This document shows, piece after piece, positions 24,137-35,287 of a stretch of 64,000 nt of DNA. The stretch comes from Candidatus Eiseniibacteriota bacterium. GTDB taxonomy: Bacteria; Eisenbacteria; RBG-16-71-46. A model generated the notes under the pieces. The model ran no database searches. It had not been told where the DNA came from and worked only from the letters and a program-made list of their open reading frames with translations. The translations under genes were made by a program, and so were the position numbers. How positions within the stretch are numbered: position 1 is the stretch's first letter; the number at the start of each line of letters is the position of its first letter. Where the stretch lies: positions 84,012 to 148,011 of the forward strand of contig CAVZLN010000007.1 in NCBI GenBank assembly GCA_963776245.1, in the 5' to 3' direction.

Positions 24137-25069
24137 CTAGCGCGTGCGCTCGGCCATCGTCACCACCAGCGCCGCGAGGGTGCGGGCGCGGGGCCCCAGC
24201 AGCTGGACCCGCGCGAGCACGCGCTCGAACAGCCGGCCGGCGTCGAGCCGCGCCCGGGCCTCGCCCACCGCGCGCGGCCAGGTCGCCTTGCCGCGCGCCT
24301 CGTCGGTGCCGGCGCGCTTGCCGAGATGCTCGAGCGAGGACAGCCGGTTGAGCAGGTCGTCGTGGATCTGGAACGCCAGTCCGAGGTCGCGGCCGACCGT
24401 CTCGAGCTGCTGCGTCGCGGCCCGGTCGGCGCCCCCGGCGATCGCGCCGAGCGCGAACGCGGCGCCCATCAGCGCGCCGGTCTTGCGCGCGTGGATGGCG
24501 CGCACCCCCGCGGCGCCGTGCCGCCGGCGCTCGCCCTCGAGGTCGAGCACCTGCCCGCCCACCAGCTCGGTGCTGCCGCTCGCGCGCGCCAGACGCCGCA
24601 GCGCCTCGATCACCCGGCCGGCCGGCACCCCGCGCTCCGCGAGCCGGGCCAGTTCCTCGAACGCGAACGCCAGCAGCGCGTCGCCCGCCAGCAGGCCGAT
24701 GGCCTCGCCGAACTTCTTGTGCGTGGTCAGGCGACCGCGACGGTAGTCATCGTCGTCGAGCGCCGGCAGGTCGTCGTGCACCAGCGAGAACGCGTGCACG
24801 CACTCGAGCGCCGCGGCGGCGGGCAGCGCGTCGCGCCAGTCGCCCCCCACCGCCTCGCAGGCGGCGAGGCAGAGCTGCGGGCGCACGCGCTTGCCGGGGC
24901 CGAGGGCGGCATAGCGCATCGCGGCGTGGAGCGTGGCGGGCACCGCGCCCGCCCGCGGCAGCGCGTGCGCCAGGTAGCGTTCGAAGGTGGCGTGGCGTCC
25001 GCGCAGGGCGCGGGCGTCGGCGGCGTCGCGCGCGGGGACACGCGGCTGCGCTGCGGCGGCGCGGGCCAT
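24137..25069 (-). CDS. ispA: Polyprenyl (farnesyl/geranylgeranyl) diphosphate synthase
   Basis: GKRVRP, SLVHDDLPALDDDDYRRG, AGDALL, KTGAL, FQIHDD. Confidence 0.93.
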   Translation of the reverse strand: MARAAAAQPRVPARDAADARALRGRHATFERYLAHALPRAGAVPATLHAAMRYAALGPGKRVRPQLCLAACEAVGGDWRDALPAAAALECVHAFSLVHDDLPALDDDDYRRGRLTTHKKFGEAIGLLAGDALLAFAFEELARLAERGVPAGRVIEALRRLARASGSTELVGGQVLDLEGERRRHGAAGVRAIHARKTGALMGAAFALGAIAGGADRAATQQLETVGRDLGLAFQIHDDLLNRLSSLEHLGKRAGTDEARGKATWPRAVGEARARLDAGRLFERVLARVQLLGPRARTLAALVVTMAERTR

Positions 25070-25434
25070 CAGAACGGCAACCGGCCGGCGGGGTCGTCGT
25101 CGTCCGGCGCGGGCCGCCGCGGGGCCGGCGCGCGCGCGGGCCGCGCCGGCGCGGCCGCCGGGGGCGCCGCCTCGGGCGCGCTGTCGTCGAGGTCGCTGGG
25201 CTCGGTCTGCGGCCCGTCCGCTCCCTCCACCAGGCGCTCGATGCGCCGCTCGGCGGCGTCGAGCGTCCGGGTGAGCGTGCGGGAGAGCTTCACGCCCTCC
25301 TCGTAGCGCGCGATCGACTCCTCGAGCGACAGCGTGCCGCCCTCCAGCTCCTCGACGATGGTCTCGAGCCGCTCGAGCGCCTGCTCGAATCCCGGCTGCT
25401 CGCTCTCAGCGCTCGTGGTCTTCTTCGCCGCCAT
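25069..25434 (-). CDS. xseB: Exodeoxyribonuclease VII small subunit with Pro/Ala-rich tail
   Basis: FEQALERLETIVEELEGGTLSLEESIARYEEG. Confidence 0.92.
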   Translation of the reverse strand: MAAKKTTSAESEQPGFEQALERLETIVEELEGGTLSLEESIARYEEGVKLSRTLTRTLDAAERRIERLVEGADGPQTEPSDLDDSAPEAAPPAAAPARPARAPAPRRPAPDDDDPAGRLPF

Positions 25435-26791
25435 GCGTCCCTCCCCTGCGCACCGCCTCGACGCGGGCATCCGCCTCGCCGCGGGCGAACTCGATGGTGA
25501 CCGCGTCGCCGATGGCCAGCGCCTCGGCGGCGCGCAACAGATCCCCCTGCGGTCCCTTCACCAGACAGTAGCCGCGCTCCATCACCGCGCGCGGCGACAG
25601 CGCGCGCAGCCGGTCCCCGTAGGCGGTGAGCCGGTGGCGCTGCGTGTGCACGCGCTCGACGATCGCCCGGGTGAGCCGTTCCCGCGCCTCGCCCACGCCC
25701 ACGCGCCGGTCGGCCAGCACCCGCGGCCACTCGCGCAGGCCATAGCGCGAGGTCACCGCGCCGAGCCGCGCCCGCGCCGCGTCGAGCGCTCCGCGCAGCG
25801 CGCGCCGGCCGCGGTCGACCAGCTCGTCGAGCCGCTGCTGGTGCATCCGCACCGCGTCGGCCTGGCGCTTGAAGCCGTACTTCTCGAGGATGCGCGCCAG
25901 ATGGCGGCGGCGGTCCACCAGCCCCTGCCGCAGCGCGCGCTCCATGCGCGGCGCCAGCGCGGCGAGGCGCGCCGCGACCTCGCGACGATCGCGCACCGCC
26001 AGCTCGGCCGCGTGGCTCGGCGTGGCGGCCCGCACGTCGGCGGCGAGGTCGCAGAGCGTGAAGTCCACCTCGTGCCCGACCGCCGAGAGCGTGGGCGTGC
26101 GCGAAGCGGCGACGGCGCGCACCACCGCCTCCTCGTTGAACGCCCACAGGTCCTCGAGCGATCCCCCGCCGCGCCCGACGATCAGCACGTCGGCGCCGCC
26201 CCAGCGATCGAAGCGCTGGATGGCGGCCACGATCTCGGCCGCCGCGCCCTCGCCCTGCACGCGCACCGGGGCGAGCACGATGCGGATGCCCGGCCAGCGG
26301 GCGCGCAGCACCTTCACCAGGTCGCGCACCGCCGCGCCGGTCGGCGAGGTCACCAGCCCGATGGTGCGCGGATAGAGCGGCAGCGGGCGCTTGCGCGCGG
26401 CGTCGAACAGCCCCTCGGCGGCGAGCCGCCGCTTGAGCTCCTCGAGCGCCAGCAGCAGCGCGCCGATGCCGGCCGGGCGCAGTTCCTCGACCACCAGCTG
26501 GTAGCGCCCGCGCGGCTCGTACACGGTGATCGAGCCGTAGGCCTCCACCTCGGTGCCGTCGCGCGGCTCGAAGGCGAGGCGGCCGGCGGTGCCCTTCCAC
26601 ATCACGCAGTCGAGCACCGCGACGGTGCCCTCCTTCATGGCGAAGTAGAGATGCCCGCGGTCCGAGCGCTTGAACCCCGAGATCTCGCCGCGCACCCACA
26701 GGCCGCTGAACGAGTCCTCGAGCGCGCCGCGGACCCGCCGCGTCAGTTCGGCGACGGAGAGGATGCCCTCGCGCTCGGGAGCGACCGCCAT
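25406..26791 (-). CDS. xseA: Exodeoxyribonuclease VII large subunit
   Basis: VRGEISGF, GHLYF, RGGGSLEDLWAFNEE, SAVGHEVD, ATPS. Confidence 0.97.
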   Translation of the reverse strand: MAVAPEREGILSVAELTRRVRGALEDSFSGLWVRGEISGFKRSDRGHLYFAMKEGTVAVLDCVMWKGTAGRLAFEPRDGTEVEAYGSITVYEPRGRYQLVVEELRPAGIGALLLALEELKRRLAAEGLFDAARKRPLPLYPRTIGLVTSPTGAAVRDLVKVLRARWPGIRIVLAPVRVQGEGAAAEIVAAIQRFDRWGGADVLIVGRGGGSLEDLWAFNEEAVVRAVAASRTPTLSAVGHEVDFTLCDLAADVRAATPSHAAELAVRDRREVAARLAALAPRMERALRQGLVDRRRHLARILEKYGFKRQADAVRMHQQRLDELVDRGRRALRGALDAARARLGAVTSRYGLREWPRVLADRRVGVGEARERLTRAIVERVHTQRHRLTAYGDRLRALSPRAVMERGYCLVKGPQGDLLRAAEALAIGDAVTIEFARGEADARVEAVRRGGTHGGEEDHER

Positions 26792-26793
26792 GC

Positions 26794-28483
26794 TCAGCGC
26801 GCCCCGGTTCCGGCGGCCTGTCGCGCCGCGGCGAGCACGGTGTTGGCGACCACCATCGCGACCGTCATCGGCCCGACGCCGCCGGGCACCGGCGTGAGCG
26901 CGGACGCGATGGCCGAGACGCTGGTGGCCTCGACGTCGCCGGTGAGACGGGTCTCGCCCGGCGCGTCGGGGCGCGGGACGCGGTGGATGCCGACGTCCAC
27001 CACCACGGCGCCGGGCTTGATCCAGGTGGCGTCCACCATCTCGGGCCGGCCGATCGCGCACACCAGCAGGTCGGCCTGCTGCGCCAGCTCGCGCAGCCGC
27101 GAGCCGCTGGCGCTGTGGCCGAGGGTCACGGTGCAGTCCACGCCCTTCTGCGACAACAGCGTGGCCAGCGGGCGGCCGACGATGGCGCTGCGCCCGAGCA
27201 CCACGGCGTGCATCCCGGCGAGCGGGACCTGGTAGTGGCGCAGCAGCTCGAGGATGCCCGCCGGGGTGGCGGGCGCGAACCCCGGCAGGCCCGCCGAGAG
27301 GCGCCCGACGTTCTCGGGATGGAAGCCGTCCACGTCCTTGGCGGGCGGCACGGCCTCGAGGACCATCCGCGCGTCCGCCGGAGGCGCGAGCGGGAGCTGG
27401 ACCAGGATGCCGTGCACGTCGGGGTCGTCGCCGAGTGATCGCACCCGGGCCACCACCGCCGCGGTCTCGGTGCCGGCCGGCAGCTGGACCCGCCGCGCCT
27501 CGATGCCGGCGGCGGCGCACGCCTCCTGCTTCTTCTTCAGGTAGATCCGCGACGCCGGGTCCTCGCCCACCGAGACCAGCGCCAGCACCGGCGTGCGTCC
27601 GGAGGCGCGCAGCCGCTCGCACTCCGCCTTCGCGCGCGCCGTCACCACCGCGGCGGGCGCGTCGCCGGTGAGCAGGCGCACCGGGCGGCGCGAGCGCGAC
27701 AGGTCGCAGGGCTCCTGGATGCGGCGGATCGCGAGCGCGCGCCCGCTCGCGGCGTCGATCTGCAGCGCCACGCCGTTGAGCCACAGGTCGCGGTGCGCGG
27801 GCGCCAGCCGGGCGGGCATGCCGGTGAGGAAGCGCTTGAGCGCGGGCTCCTTCTCCATGCCGATCACGGAGTCGAAGCCGCCGGTCATGCCGGCGTCGGT
27901 GAGCAGCGCGGTGCCGCCGGGCAGGATGCGCTCGTCGGCGGTCTGCACGTGCGTGTGGGTGCCGATCACCGCGGAGACGCGGCCGTCGAGGTACCACGCC
28001 AGCGCGATCTTCTCGGCGGTGGTCTCGGCGTGGAAGTCCACGAGGATGATCCGGCACTGGCCCCGGAGCGCCTTGAGCGCGGCCTCGGCGCCGCGGAACG
28101 GGTCGTCGGCCTCCTTCATGAAGACGCGGCCGAGCAGGTTGACCACGCCCACCGGGGTGCCGTCGGCGGCCCGGAACACGCCGCAGCCCTGTCCCGGAGT
28201 GCCCGGCGGCATGTTGAAGGGGCGCACCAGCCGGGTCTCCGCGGCGAGGTAGTCCATGCTCTCGCGGCGGTCCCACAGGTGGTTGCCGCCGGTCATCACG
28301 TCGGCGCCGGCGGCGAGGATCTGGCTGCCCGCAGCCTGGGTGAGCCCGAAGCCCGCGGCGCTGTTCTCGGCGTTGACCACGGCGAACGCCGCGGCGTGGC
28401 GCAGGCGCAGCTCGGGCAGCAGCGCACTCACCACGTCGCCGCCCGGGCGCGCCGATGACGTCGGCGACGAAGAGAAGATTCAG
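26794..28483 (-). CDS. YmdB-family metallophosphoesterase fused in frame to FolD; probable CTG start, one frameshift near 28440
   Basis: N-half: [37 protein letters not shown]-half: [34 protein letters not shown]. No stop between the halves. Confidence 0.85.
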
Positions 28484-28499
28484 AGGAGGCCTCCGCCCG

Positions 28500-30060
28500 T
28501 CACTTCGCGTAGTCCACGGCGCGCGTCTCGCGGATCACCGTGACGCGGATCTGGCCGGGGTACTCGAGCTCCTTCTCGATCCGGCGCGCGATCTCGCCCG
28601 CCAGCGCCTGGGCGCGTGCGTCGTCCACCTTGTGGTGCTCGACCATGATGCGCACCTCGCGGCCGGCCTGGATGGCGTAGGACTTCTCCACGCCCGGGAA
28701 GGTGTTCGCGATCTTCTCGAGCGACTCGAGCCGCTTGATGTAGATCTCGAGGCTCTCGCGCCGCGCGCCGGGGCGCGCGCCCGAGATGGCGTCGGCGGCC
28801 GCGATCAGCACCGGCCACAGGCTGCCGCCGGCGTAGTCGTCGTGGTGGTAGCCGATGGCGTCGAGCACCGGCTGCGGCTCGCCGTAGCGCGCCGCGACCT
28901 CCATGCCCGAGCGCCGGGTGCGTGCCCTCGTGGTCGTGGTCGATGGCCTTGCCGATGTCGTGCATGAGCCCGCCGCGCTTGGCCAGCTTCTGGTCGATGC
29001 CGAGCTCGGCGGCCATCATGCCGGCGAGGTGCGCGACCTCGATCGAGTGGCGCAGGATGTTCTGGCCGTAGGAGGTGCGGTACTGGAGCCGGCCGAGCAG
29101 CTGCATGAGCTCGGGGTGCACGCCGTGCACGCCGACCTCGAGGCAGGCCATCTCGCCCAGCTCGCGGATCTTGGCCTCGACCTCCTCCTTGACCTTCGCG
29201 ACGACCTCCTCGATGCGCGCCGGGTGGATGCGGCCGTCGGCGACGAGCCGCTCGAGCGCCAGGCGCGCGATCTCGCGGCGCACCGGGTCGAAGCCCGAGA
29301 GGATCACCGCCTCGGGCGTGTCGTCGATGATCACGTCGACGCCGGTGATGACCTCGAACGAGCGGATGTTGCGGCCCTCGCGGCCGATGATGCGGCCCTT
29401 CATGTCGTCGCTCGGCAGGTGCACCACCGACACGCTCGACTCGGAGACGTGGTCGCCGGCGTAGCGCTGGATCGCGAGCGCGATGATCTTGCGCGCCTCG
29501 CGCTCGGCGTTGCGCTGGGCGGTCTCGCGGATCTCGACGACGCGCCGCGCGGCCTCGGCGCGGGCCTCGCTCTCGATGGTCGCGATGAGCTGCTGGCGCG
29601 CCTCCTCGGCCGACAGGCCGGCGATGCGCTCGAGCCGCGCGGTCTGCTCGCGATCAGCTTGTCGAGCTCGTGGCCGCGCCGTGGACCGCGGCCTCGCGCT
29701 GCGCCGATGTCCGCTCCGACGCTCTTGAGGTCGCGCTCCTTCTTGTCGATCAGCTCGACGCGGCGGTTGAACGCGGCCTCCTTCTGCTGGAAGGCGCGCT
29801 CGGCCTCGAGCTGGGCGTTGCGGGCCGCGAGGATCTCGCGCTCGACCTCCTGCTTGAGGTGGAGCGCTTCCTCGCGCGCCCTCCAGCAGGGCGTCGCGCT
29901 TGAGGTGTCGGCCTCGCGGTCGGCCTGCTCGAGGATCGCCTGCGCGCGGCGCTCGGCGCTGTCGAGCCGGGCCTGGCCGAGCGCGAGCGCAGGAACCAAC
30001 CGAGGAAGAACGACACGACGGCACCGACCGCGATGCCGACGATCCATTGCCATTGGCCAT
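28500..30060 (-). CDS. rny: Ribonuclease Y (several frameshifts)
   Basis: N-terminal TM ([17 protein letters not shown]), [16 protein letters not shown] domain, HDIGKA HD domain, [19 protein letters not shown]. Confidence 0.93.
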
Positions 30061-30119
30061 CGGAATACCCCCGGGCCCCGGGCGGCGTCGCCGCCGCCCC
30101 GGTCCCCAGGCGGGAAGGA

Positions 30120-30300
30120 TCCCCGCCGGATTGCCGTGTGCGTCGCGTTCTTGAGACCTGGCGAGCCAGGTGGGCGGTCCTTACGACCGGGTCGGCCCTC
30201 CGGATCCCTCGCGGGACCCGGTGCGGCGTCGCCGGCACCGGACACCCTTTGAGTTTCTGTTGGTTCAAGAACTCTATGCATCACGAGCACGGCAGGGAAA
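30120..30300 (-). ncRNA. ssrS: 6S RNA (boundaries approximate)
   Basis: zapA-ssrS-rny synteny; long rod pairing TGCCGTG/CACGGCA and GTTCTTGA/TCAAGAAC around an A-rich bubble; GCCCACC element. Confidence 0.8.
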
Positions 30301-30328
30301 TCGCTGCGAGGCCGGGCGCCCACCCGGA

Positions 30329-30634
30329 TCAGCGCCGTCGAACCGTCCTGCTGGAGCACGTCGTCGAGCACGGCGTTGAGGCGCGCCGCCTGGAGGTTCA
30401 GGTCGCGGTCGTGGACTCGCGGCACGCGCGCTCCTTGAACAGTTCATCGGCGATGTTGAGCGAGGCGAGGATCGCCACCTTGGACAGCGACGCCACCGGG
30501 AGCTTCTCGGTGATCTCCCGCATCTTGCGGTCCACGTAGCCGGCGACGCCGAGGATGTACTCCTGGTCGGCTTCGCCGCGGATGGAAAGTGATGCCCGAG
30601 GATCTGGACCTGAACGACGTTCTTGCGCGTCCAT
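30329..30634 (-). CDS. zapA: Cell division protein ZapA (frameshifted, ends approximate)
   Basis: VQVQILG...YILGVAGYVDRKMREI...KVAILASLNIADELF. Confidence 0.85.
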
Positions 30635-30739
30635 GGTGACCCCGCTTCGCCGCGTTTCCCCTGCGTTGTCGATGCCAGCGTCACATTCCGCCGGCCGCGC
30701 CGCAGCCCCGAGGGCGGCCGCCGCGGCCGGGCCGGGCTA

Positions 30740-31043
30740 TCACCCCTCGATCCGCTCGAGCTTCTTGACGCAGGGTCTCGATCCGCGTGGCCACCTCCTT
30801 GCGCTCGCTGTGCCACTCGCGCTGCTCCTTGTGGAGCGCGGCGACCTCCTGCACGAGCGCCGTCGCGTCGTGACCCTGGAGCTGGGTCTCGAGCAGATGG
30901 TGCTTCGCCGCCAGTTCGTCGCGCTCTCGGCCCCGCGCGGTCGCGCTCGTCGCGCAGCTCCTGGACGATCGCTGCGGCCTTCTCGACGCGCTCGGCGAGG
31001 CGGTCGAGGTCGGTGCGTCACGACGGCGGTGGTTCTCGGTCAT
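30740..31043 (-). CDS. ZapB-like coiled-coil protein (frameshifted)
   Basis: Heptad-rich pieces DLDRLAERVEKA...EQREWHSERKEVATRIETL; located between pheT and zapA. Confidence 0.6.
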
Positions 31044-33471
31044 CGCTCTCTCAGTCGACCGCCGCAGTCCTTCTCGACGGCCGCACCATGCGAGCCTGGA
31101 TGTCCTGGACCTCGGCCTCCGTGAGCGTGCGCTCCGGATGCTGGAACTGCAGCGCGAACGCCAGGCTCTTCATGCCCTGCGGAGTGCCGGGGCCATCGTA
31201 CACGTCGAACAGTTCCAGCGAGCGCAGCGCTCGCCCGCCGCCGCGGCGAGCGCGCGATGCACCTCGCGTGCGTCGCGGTCTCGCGGGACGAAGAACGCGA
31301 GATCGCGACGCACCGGCGGGAAACGCGCCCGGGAGCGTGACGCCGGACCGGTCTCGCCGCGGCGGGCGACCAGCGGATCGAGCAGCGCCACGAAGAGTGG
31401 ACCGGGACCTCGATCTCCCACTCGCGGAGCAGCGGCTGGCCCAGCGTCCCGGCCCATGCGATGCGTGAAGTACCGACCGCAACTTCCGCACTGGCACCGG
31501 GTTTCCAACCGGCCGCAGGATAGGCTCGCCATTCCGGCATGTCAACGCCCATCTCGTCGAGCCAGGCCTCCCAGAGCCCCTTGGCGTCGATCGAGAGTCC
31601 ACCGCCTGCTGCGACGGCGTCGTGCGCGTGCGCGCAAGCGCGCGCCGGTCACGACGCGCGACGAGCATCAGGCGCTCCTCGGGCAGCCCCTCGCCCGCCG
31701 TCGCGGAAGCCCGCGCCGACCTCGAACAGCCGCACCGCGGGCGCGCCCTGCCGCAGGTTGTGCGCGCACGCGCGCAGCAGTCCCGGCACCAGGTTGGGAC
31801 GCAGCACCTCGCTCTCGCGGCTCATCGGGTTGGCGAGCCGCACCAGCGCCGCGGGGCCTCGCCGGGAGCGCGGCGGCACGCGAGCGCCTCGCGCTCGGAG
31901 ACCAGCGAGGCGGTCCACGCCTCGCTGAGGCCCCGCGCCAGCATCGCCTCGCGCGCCCGCTCGCACGGTGCGCTCGCGCGGCGTGCGCGCGGGCGTACAC
32001 GCCCGTGCGTCTCGAGCGGCGCCTCGGGGATGCGGTCGTAGCCGTGCGCGCGCGCCACCTCCTCGACCAGGTCGTCCTCGAGCGTGACGTCGAGCCGCCA
32101 CGACGGCACCGTGACCCGCAGCGGGTCGCTCGCCTCGACCCCGAACTCGAGCGCCTCAGCAGGTGGCGCAGGGCCTGGGGAGCGGCGAGGCTCACGCCGA
32201 CCAGCCGCGCGAAGCGCGACATGCGCAGCGTGAGCGTGCGGCGCTTGCCGTCGAGGTGATTGCGCTCGCGCGCGGCGGCTCGAGCCGCGCATCCGGCATG
32301 AGCTCGCGCAGCAGCGCGAGGAAGCGCGCGGCCGCGGTGGAGGTGACGTCGGGATCCACGCCGCGCTCGTAGCGCTTGGAGGCCTCGGTGGTGAGGCCGA
32401 GCGCGCGCGCGCTCGCGGCGCACGCGCTGCGGCTTGAACCAGGCGCACTCGAGCAGCAGGCGCTGGCGTGGCGGCGCTCACCTCGCTGTCGGCGCCGCCC
32501 ATCACGCCGGCGACCGCGACCGGACGCTGGCGGTCGGCGATCACCAGCACCTCGGGAGTGAGCGCGCGCTCCTTGCCGTCGAGCGTGGTGAGGCGCTCGC
32601 CCTCGGCCGCGCGACGGACGCGGATCGCGGGGCCGGCGAGCCGGTCGAGGTCGAACGCGTGCACCGGCTGGCCGAACTCGAACAGCACCAGGTTGGTGAG
32701 GTCGACGACGTTGTTGATCGAGCGCTGACCCATGGCCTCGAGGCGGCGCACGATCCACGCCGGGGACGGACCGACCGTCACGCCCTCGACCGCCTGCGCG
32801 ATGTAGCGCGGGCAGCCGTCGCTGTCCTCCAGCTCGAGGTCGAGGTCGGCGCGCCCGCTCCAGCGCGCCTTGAGGCGCGCGGAGGCGGCCGGGGTCCAAC
32901 GGCCGCCGAGCGCGGCCTTGACCTCGCGCGCCAGTCCCACCACGCCGAGACCATCGGGGCGGTTGAACGGCACCTCGATCTCGAGCAGGGTGTCGGGCGG
33001 GCCGAACAGGTCGTCCAGCGCGCCGCCGATGACCAGCCCCGCCTCGCCCCCGCGCAGCGCGGCCAGGTCCACGATCCCGCTGTGGTCGTCGGAGAGCGCG
33101 AGCTCGTCGGCCGAGCACAGCATGCCCTGGCTCTCCTCGCCGCGGATCTTCGACTTCTTGATGGTGAGGCCGTTGGGGAGCTTCGCCCCCACCGTCGCCA
33201 GCGGCGCGATCATGCCGGCGCGCACGTTGGGGGCGCCGCACACCACGCGCAGCTCGCCCGCGCCGGAGTCCACGCGGCAGAGCGAGAGCTTGTCGGCGTT
33301 CGGATGCCGGGCGACGTCGAGCACGCGCGCCACGACGACGCCGGGGTAGGCATGCCCGTGCGACTCGATGCCTTCGACGTAGAAGCCGCGCCGGGTCAGC
33401 GCGTCCGCCACCGCCTCGGGCGTGGCGTCCGTCTCGACCCAGTCACGCAGCCAGGAGATCGGGAGTCTCAT
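31040..33471 (-). CDS. pheT: Phenylalanine--tRNA ligase beta subunit (many frameshifts in the 3' half)
   Basis: MRLPISWLRDWV, HPNADKL, VCGAPN, SQGMLCS, NRPD, GQPVHAFD, DLVEEVARAHGYD, KSLAFAL, RTLTEAEV. Confidence 0.93.
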
Positions 33472-33507
33472 GCGCTCTCTCGTGGCGCGCGGCACCCGCG
33501 CGCCGGG

Positions 33508-34650
33508 TCAGAACTGATGCAGGAAGCGGAGGTCGTTCTCGAGGAACAGACGGATCTCGGGGACGCCGTAGCGCAGCATCGCGATGCGTTCGAGGCCCAT
33601 GCCGAAGGCGAACCCGGTGACCTTCTCCGGATCGTAGCCGACCGCGCGGAAGACGTTCGGGTGCACCATGCCGGCGCCCAGCACCTCGAGCCAGCCGGAG
33701 CCCTTGCACACCACGCAGCGGCGCTCGCCCGCCGGGGTGCGCTGGCGGCCATCGCCGCCGCAGATCACGCACGAGACGTCCATCTGGCAGCCGGGCTCGA
33801 CGAACGGGAAGTAGATCGGGATCAGCCGCGTCTTCACGTGCGTGCCGTAGATGTGGCGCGCGAAGGTGTCGAGCGTGCTCTTGAGGTCGGCCATGGACAC
33901 GTTCGAGTCGACGAACAGCCCGTCGATCTGGTGGAACTGGTCCATGTGGCTGGCATCCACCTGCTCGGCCCGGTAGACGCGCCCCGGGAACACCAGCCGC
34001 AGCGGCGGCTCCGCCCCTTCCATCGCGCGCACCCAGCCGGGCGAGGTGTGGGTGCGCAGCACCACCTTCGGATCGACGAAGTAGGTGTCGTGCGCGTCGC
34101 GCGCCGGATGGTCGGGGGCGAAATTGAGCTTGCCGAAGTTGTAGTCGTCCCACTCGACCTCGGGACTGGTGTAGACCGAGTAGCCGAGCCCGTGGAACAG
34201 GTCGAGCAGGTCGTCGCGCACCTGCGCGAGCACGTGCCGGTGCCCGACCCAGGGCCGCCGGCCGGGCAGCGTCACGTCGGGCGTGTCGCGCGTCTCGGAG
34301 GCGTGCTCGAGCGCGGACTTCCGCGCGGCCGCGACCTCCTCGAGGAGGCGCTTGGCGAGGTTCAGGCCCTTGCCGCGCCGCTTGCGCTCGTCGAGTGGGA
34401 GCGACGGCAGCTGGCCGAGCGCGAGCGTGAGCGCGCCGCGCTCGCGGCCGAGCACGGCGACCAGTCGCGCGGCGAGCTCCGTGCTGTCGGCGGCGCCGGC
34501 CAGGCGCTCGCTCCAGGCGAGCGCCGCGTGCGCGAGACCGTCGTCGGTCGCGCGCAGCACGGCCAGCCGCTCGTTCCAGTCCGCCAGCAGAGGCCCCGGG
34601 TCGGCCGTTCCCCACTGGGGCTCGAGGCCGCTGAGCAGCTCATCGGCCAT
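33508..34650 (-). CDS. pheS: Phenylalanine--tRNA ligase alpha subunit
   Basis: HPARDAHDT, LRTHTSP, GRVYR, FHQIDGL, YFPFVEP, GFAFGMGLERIAML. Confidence 0.97.
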   Translation of the reverse strand: MADELLSGLEPQWGTADPGPLLADWNERLAVLRATDDGLAHAALAWSERLAGAADSTELAARLVAVLGRERGALTLALGQLPSLPLDERKRRGKGLNLAKRLLEEVAAARKSALEHASETRDTPDVTLPGRRPWVGHRHVLAQVRDDLLDLFHGLGYSVYTSPEVEWDDYNFGKLNFAPDHPARDAHDTYFVDPKVVLRTHTSPGWVRAMEGAEPPLRLVFPGRVYRAEQVDASHMDQFHQIDGLFVDSNVSMADLKSTLDTFARHIYGTHVKTRLIPIYFPFVEPGCQMDVSCVICGGDGRQRTPAGERRCVVCKGSGWLEVLGAGMVHPNVFRAVGYDPEKVTGFAFGMGLERIAMLRYGVPEIRLFLENDLRFLHQF

Positions 34651-34654
34651 GGCG

Positions 34655-35011
34655 CTACACCACCGCCGACTTCGCCACCTCCGCGAGCTTCGCGAACGCA
34701 CCCGCATCACGCACGGCGAGGTCGGCGAGCAGCTTGCGGTTGACGTCCACGTTGGCCCGCTTGAGGCCGGCGATGAGCGTGCTGTACGACAGCCCGTTGA
34801 TGCGCGCGGCGGCGTTGATGCGGACGATCCAGAGGCGGCGGAAGTCCCGCTTCTTGAGGCGTCGGTGCTCGTACGCGAACTGCCCGGCGCGCTGCACGGT
34901 CTGCAGGGCGGTCTTGTAGAGCTTGCGGCGGCCGCTGAAGTTCCCCTTCGCGGCCTTCAGCACCTTCTTCCGTCGGGCGCGTCCGGGGACTACGGTCTTT
35001 GCGCGTGGCAT
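34655..35011 (-). CDS. rplT: 50S ribosomal protein L20
   Basis: [11 protein letters not shown]...[18 protein letters not shown]...[10 protein letters not shown]. Confidence 0.98.
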   Translation of the reverse strand: MPRAKTVVPGRARRKKVLKAAKGNFSGRRKLYKTALQTVQRAGQFAYEHRRLKKRDFRRLWIVRINAAARINGLSYSTLIAGLKRANVDVNRKLLADLAVRDAGAFAKLAEVAKSAVV

Positions 35012-35085
35012 CGGAATGGACCTCCATGCCCGGCGCGCCGATCAGTGCGGGCGCGTCGCGGGGCGAATGTTCGTCGGGTTCTGGG

Positions 35086-35283
35086 CTATCGCTTGCCGAG
35101 CATGCGCAGCACGCGGTCCTGGTCGGCCGGCGCCAGGACCCGGGTGCCGACGAGCTTGCGCTTCTTGCGGCGCGTCTTGCTGATCATGCCGTGGCGCAGA
35201 TTCGCGTGCCCGCTCACGGCCTTGCCGGTCGCGGTCACCTTGAATCGCTTGGCCGCGGCGCGGTTGGTCTTCATCTTGGGCAT
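35086..35283 (-). CDS. rpmI: 50S ribosomal protein L35
   Basis: MPKMKTNRAAAKRFKVTATGK. Confidence 0.98.
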   Translation of the reverse strand: MPKMKTNRAAAKRFKVTATGKAVSGHANLRHGMISKTRRKKRKLVGTRVLAPADQDRVLRMLGKR

Positions 35284-35287
35284 CCGG

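Noticed and set aside
25406..28276. 956-aa ORF suggesting a long XseA fusion
   Set aside because: Upstream part is low-complexity off-frame sequence over ymdB-folD; XseA starts at 26791
28500..33471. rny, zapA and pheT as true pseudogenes or programmed frameshifts
   Set aside because: Essential or conserved genes with intact motifs; breaks are clustered and lack consistent slippery sites, so sequencing error is more likely
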